Made by a program: the position numbers and the translations under genes. DNA of 64,000 nucleotides. Source: Octopus bimaculoides. Lineage: Eukaryota. This document shows, piece after piece, positions 63,503 through 64,000 of this stretch. Below the pieces are notes generated by a model that did not search any database, was not told the origin of the DNA, and worked only from the letters and a program-made list of their open reading frames with translations. The DNA is taken from contig NC_069006.1 of assembly GCF_001194135.2 (NCBI RefSeq), positions 22,964,976 to 23,028,975 of the forward strand. Reading direction: 5' to 3'. How positions within the stretch are numbered: the first letter of the stretch is position 1; every line of letters begins with the position of its first letter.

Positions 63503-64000
63503 GTAAGCAGGCTTTCTTTTTTCCTCTCTTTCTTTCTTAGTGCATATCTAAACACTTCTGGACATTTTCCTGTTGATCAATATTCTGGACAAGCTAGAGA
63601 TTTCAGACAGGGGATTCAAATGTTAAGTGTGGATGTGTCATGGTCATATTCAGCCTTAAGTAGAAAGCCAGTGAACAACTAACAAAAGTTTTACTGAACA
63701 GCAATAAGATATTTTTGGTCTTTTTGATAGTTTTAAAATGTAATTTCTCCAGTGCATATTGTTAGTAATAATACCAAAGTCGCATTTAGCAACAGACTTC
63801 TTAAGATTGGTGTGATGGAGGGAATAAGTAAATTTTGCATTTTTACTTCCAAAGTTAAACAGTGTGCATTTATCTACAGCCAGCTTGAGTTGCTAATCAA
63901 CAATCTGTCACTGCATTATGTCCAGGTCAGACAGCAGGAAGGAGCTAGAGTGTATAGGATACATTCTTTTGGTTTCAAGGTACAGCTTAATGTCATCCAT

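Overview
AT-rich eukaryotic genomic scaffold with N-gaps, dense microsatellites and tRNA-derived SINEs; the repeat content points to an octopus (inference). The + strand carries 32 internal coding exons (4441-63502; 4452 nt, 1484 codons) that I could join GT-AG with compatible phases into one open reading frame. It encodes the N-terminal part of a perlecan/HSPG2-like basement-membrane proteoglycan: acidic Ser-Gly-Asp GAG-attachment segment, SEA domain, an unexpected 169-aa single-exon domain, 15 single-exon LDL-receptor class A repeats, then at least 7 Ig domains (two exons each) built from an alternating A/B cassette. The start and end of the gene lie outside the window. Most notable: the inserted unknown domain, the long Ig run with no laminin module yet reached, a very recent LDLa exon duplication whose exon diverges faster than its introns, a candidate terminal exon at the LDLa/Ig boundary, candidate microexons, strand-biased GCAC clusters, a decayed ~620-bp tandem array with antisense exon-like features, and several hairpins. 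All counts were done by eye; no database searches were run.
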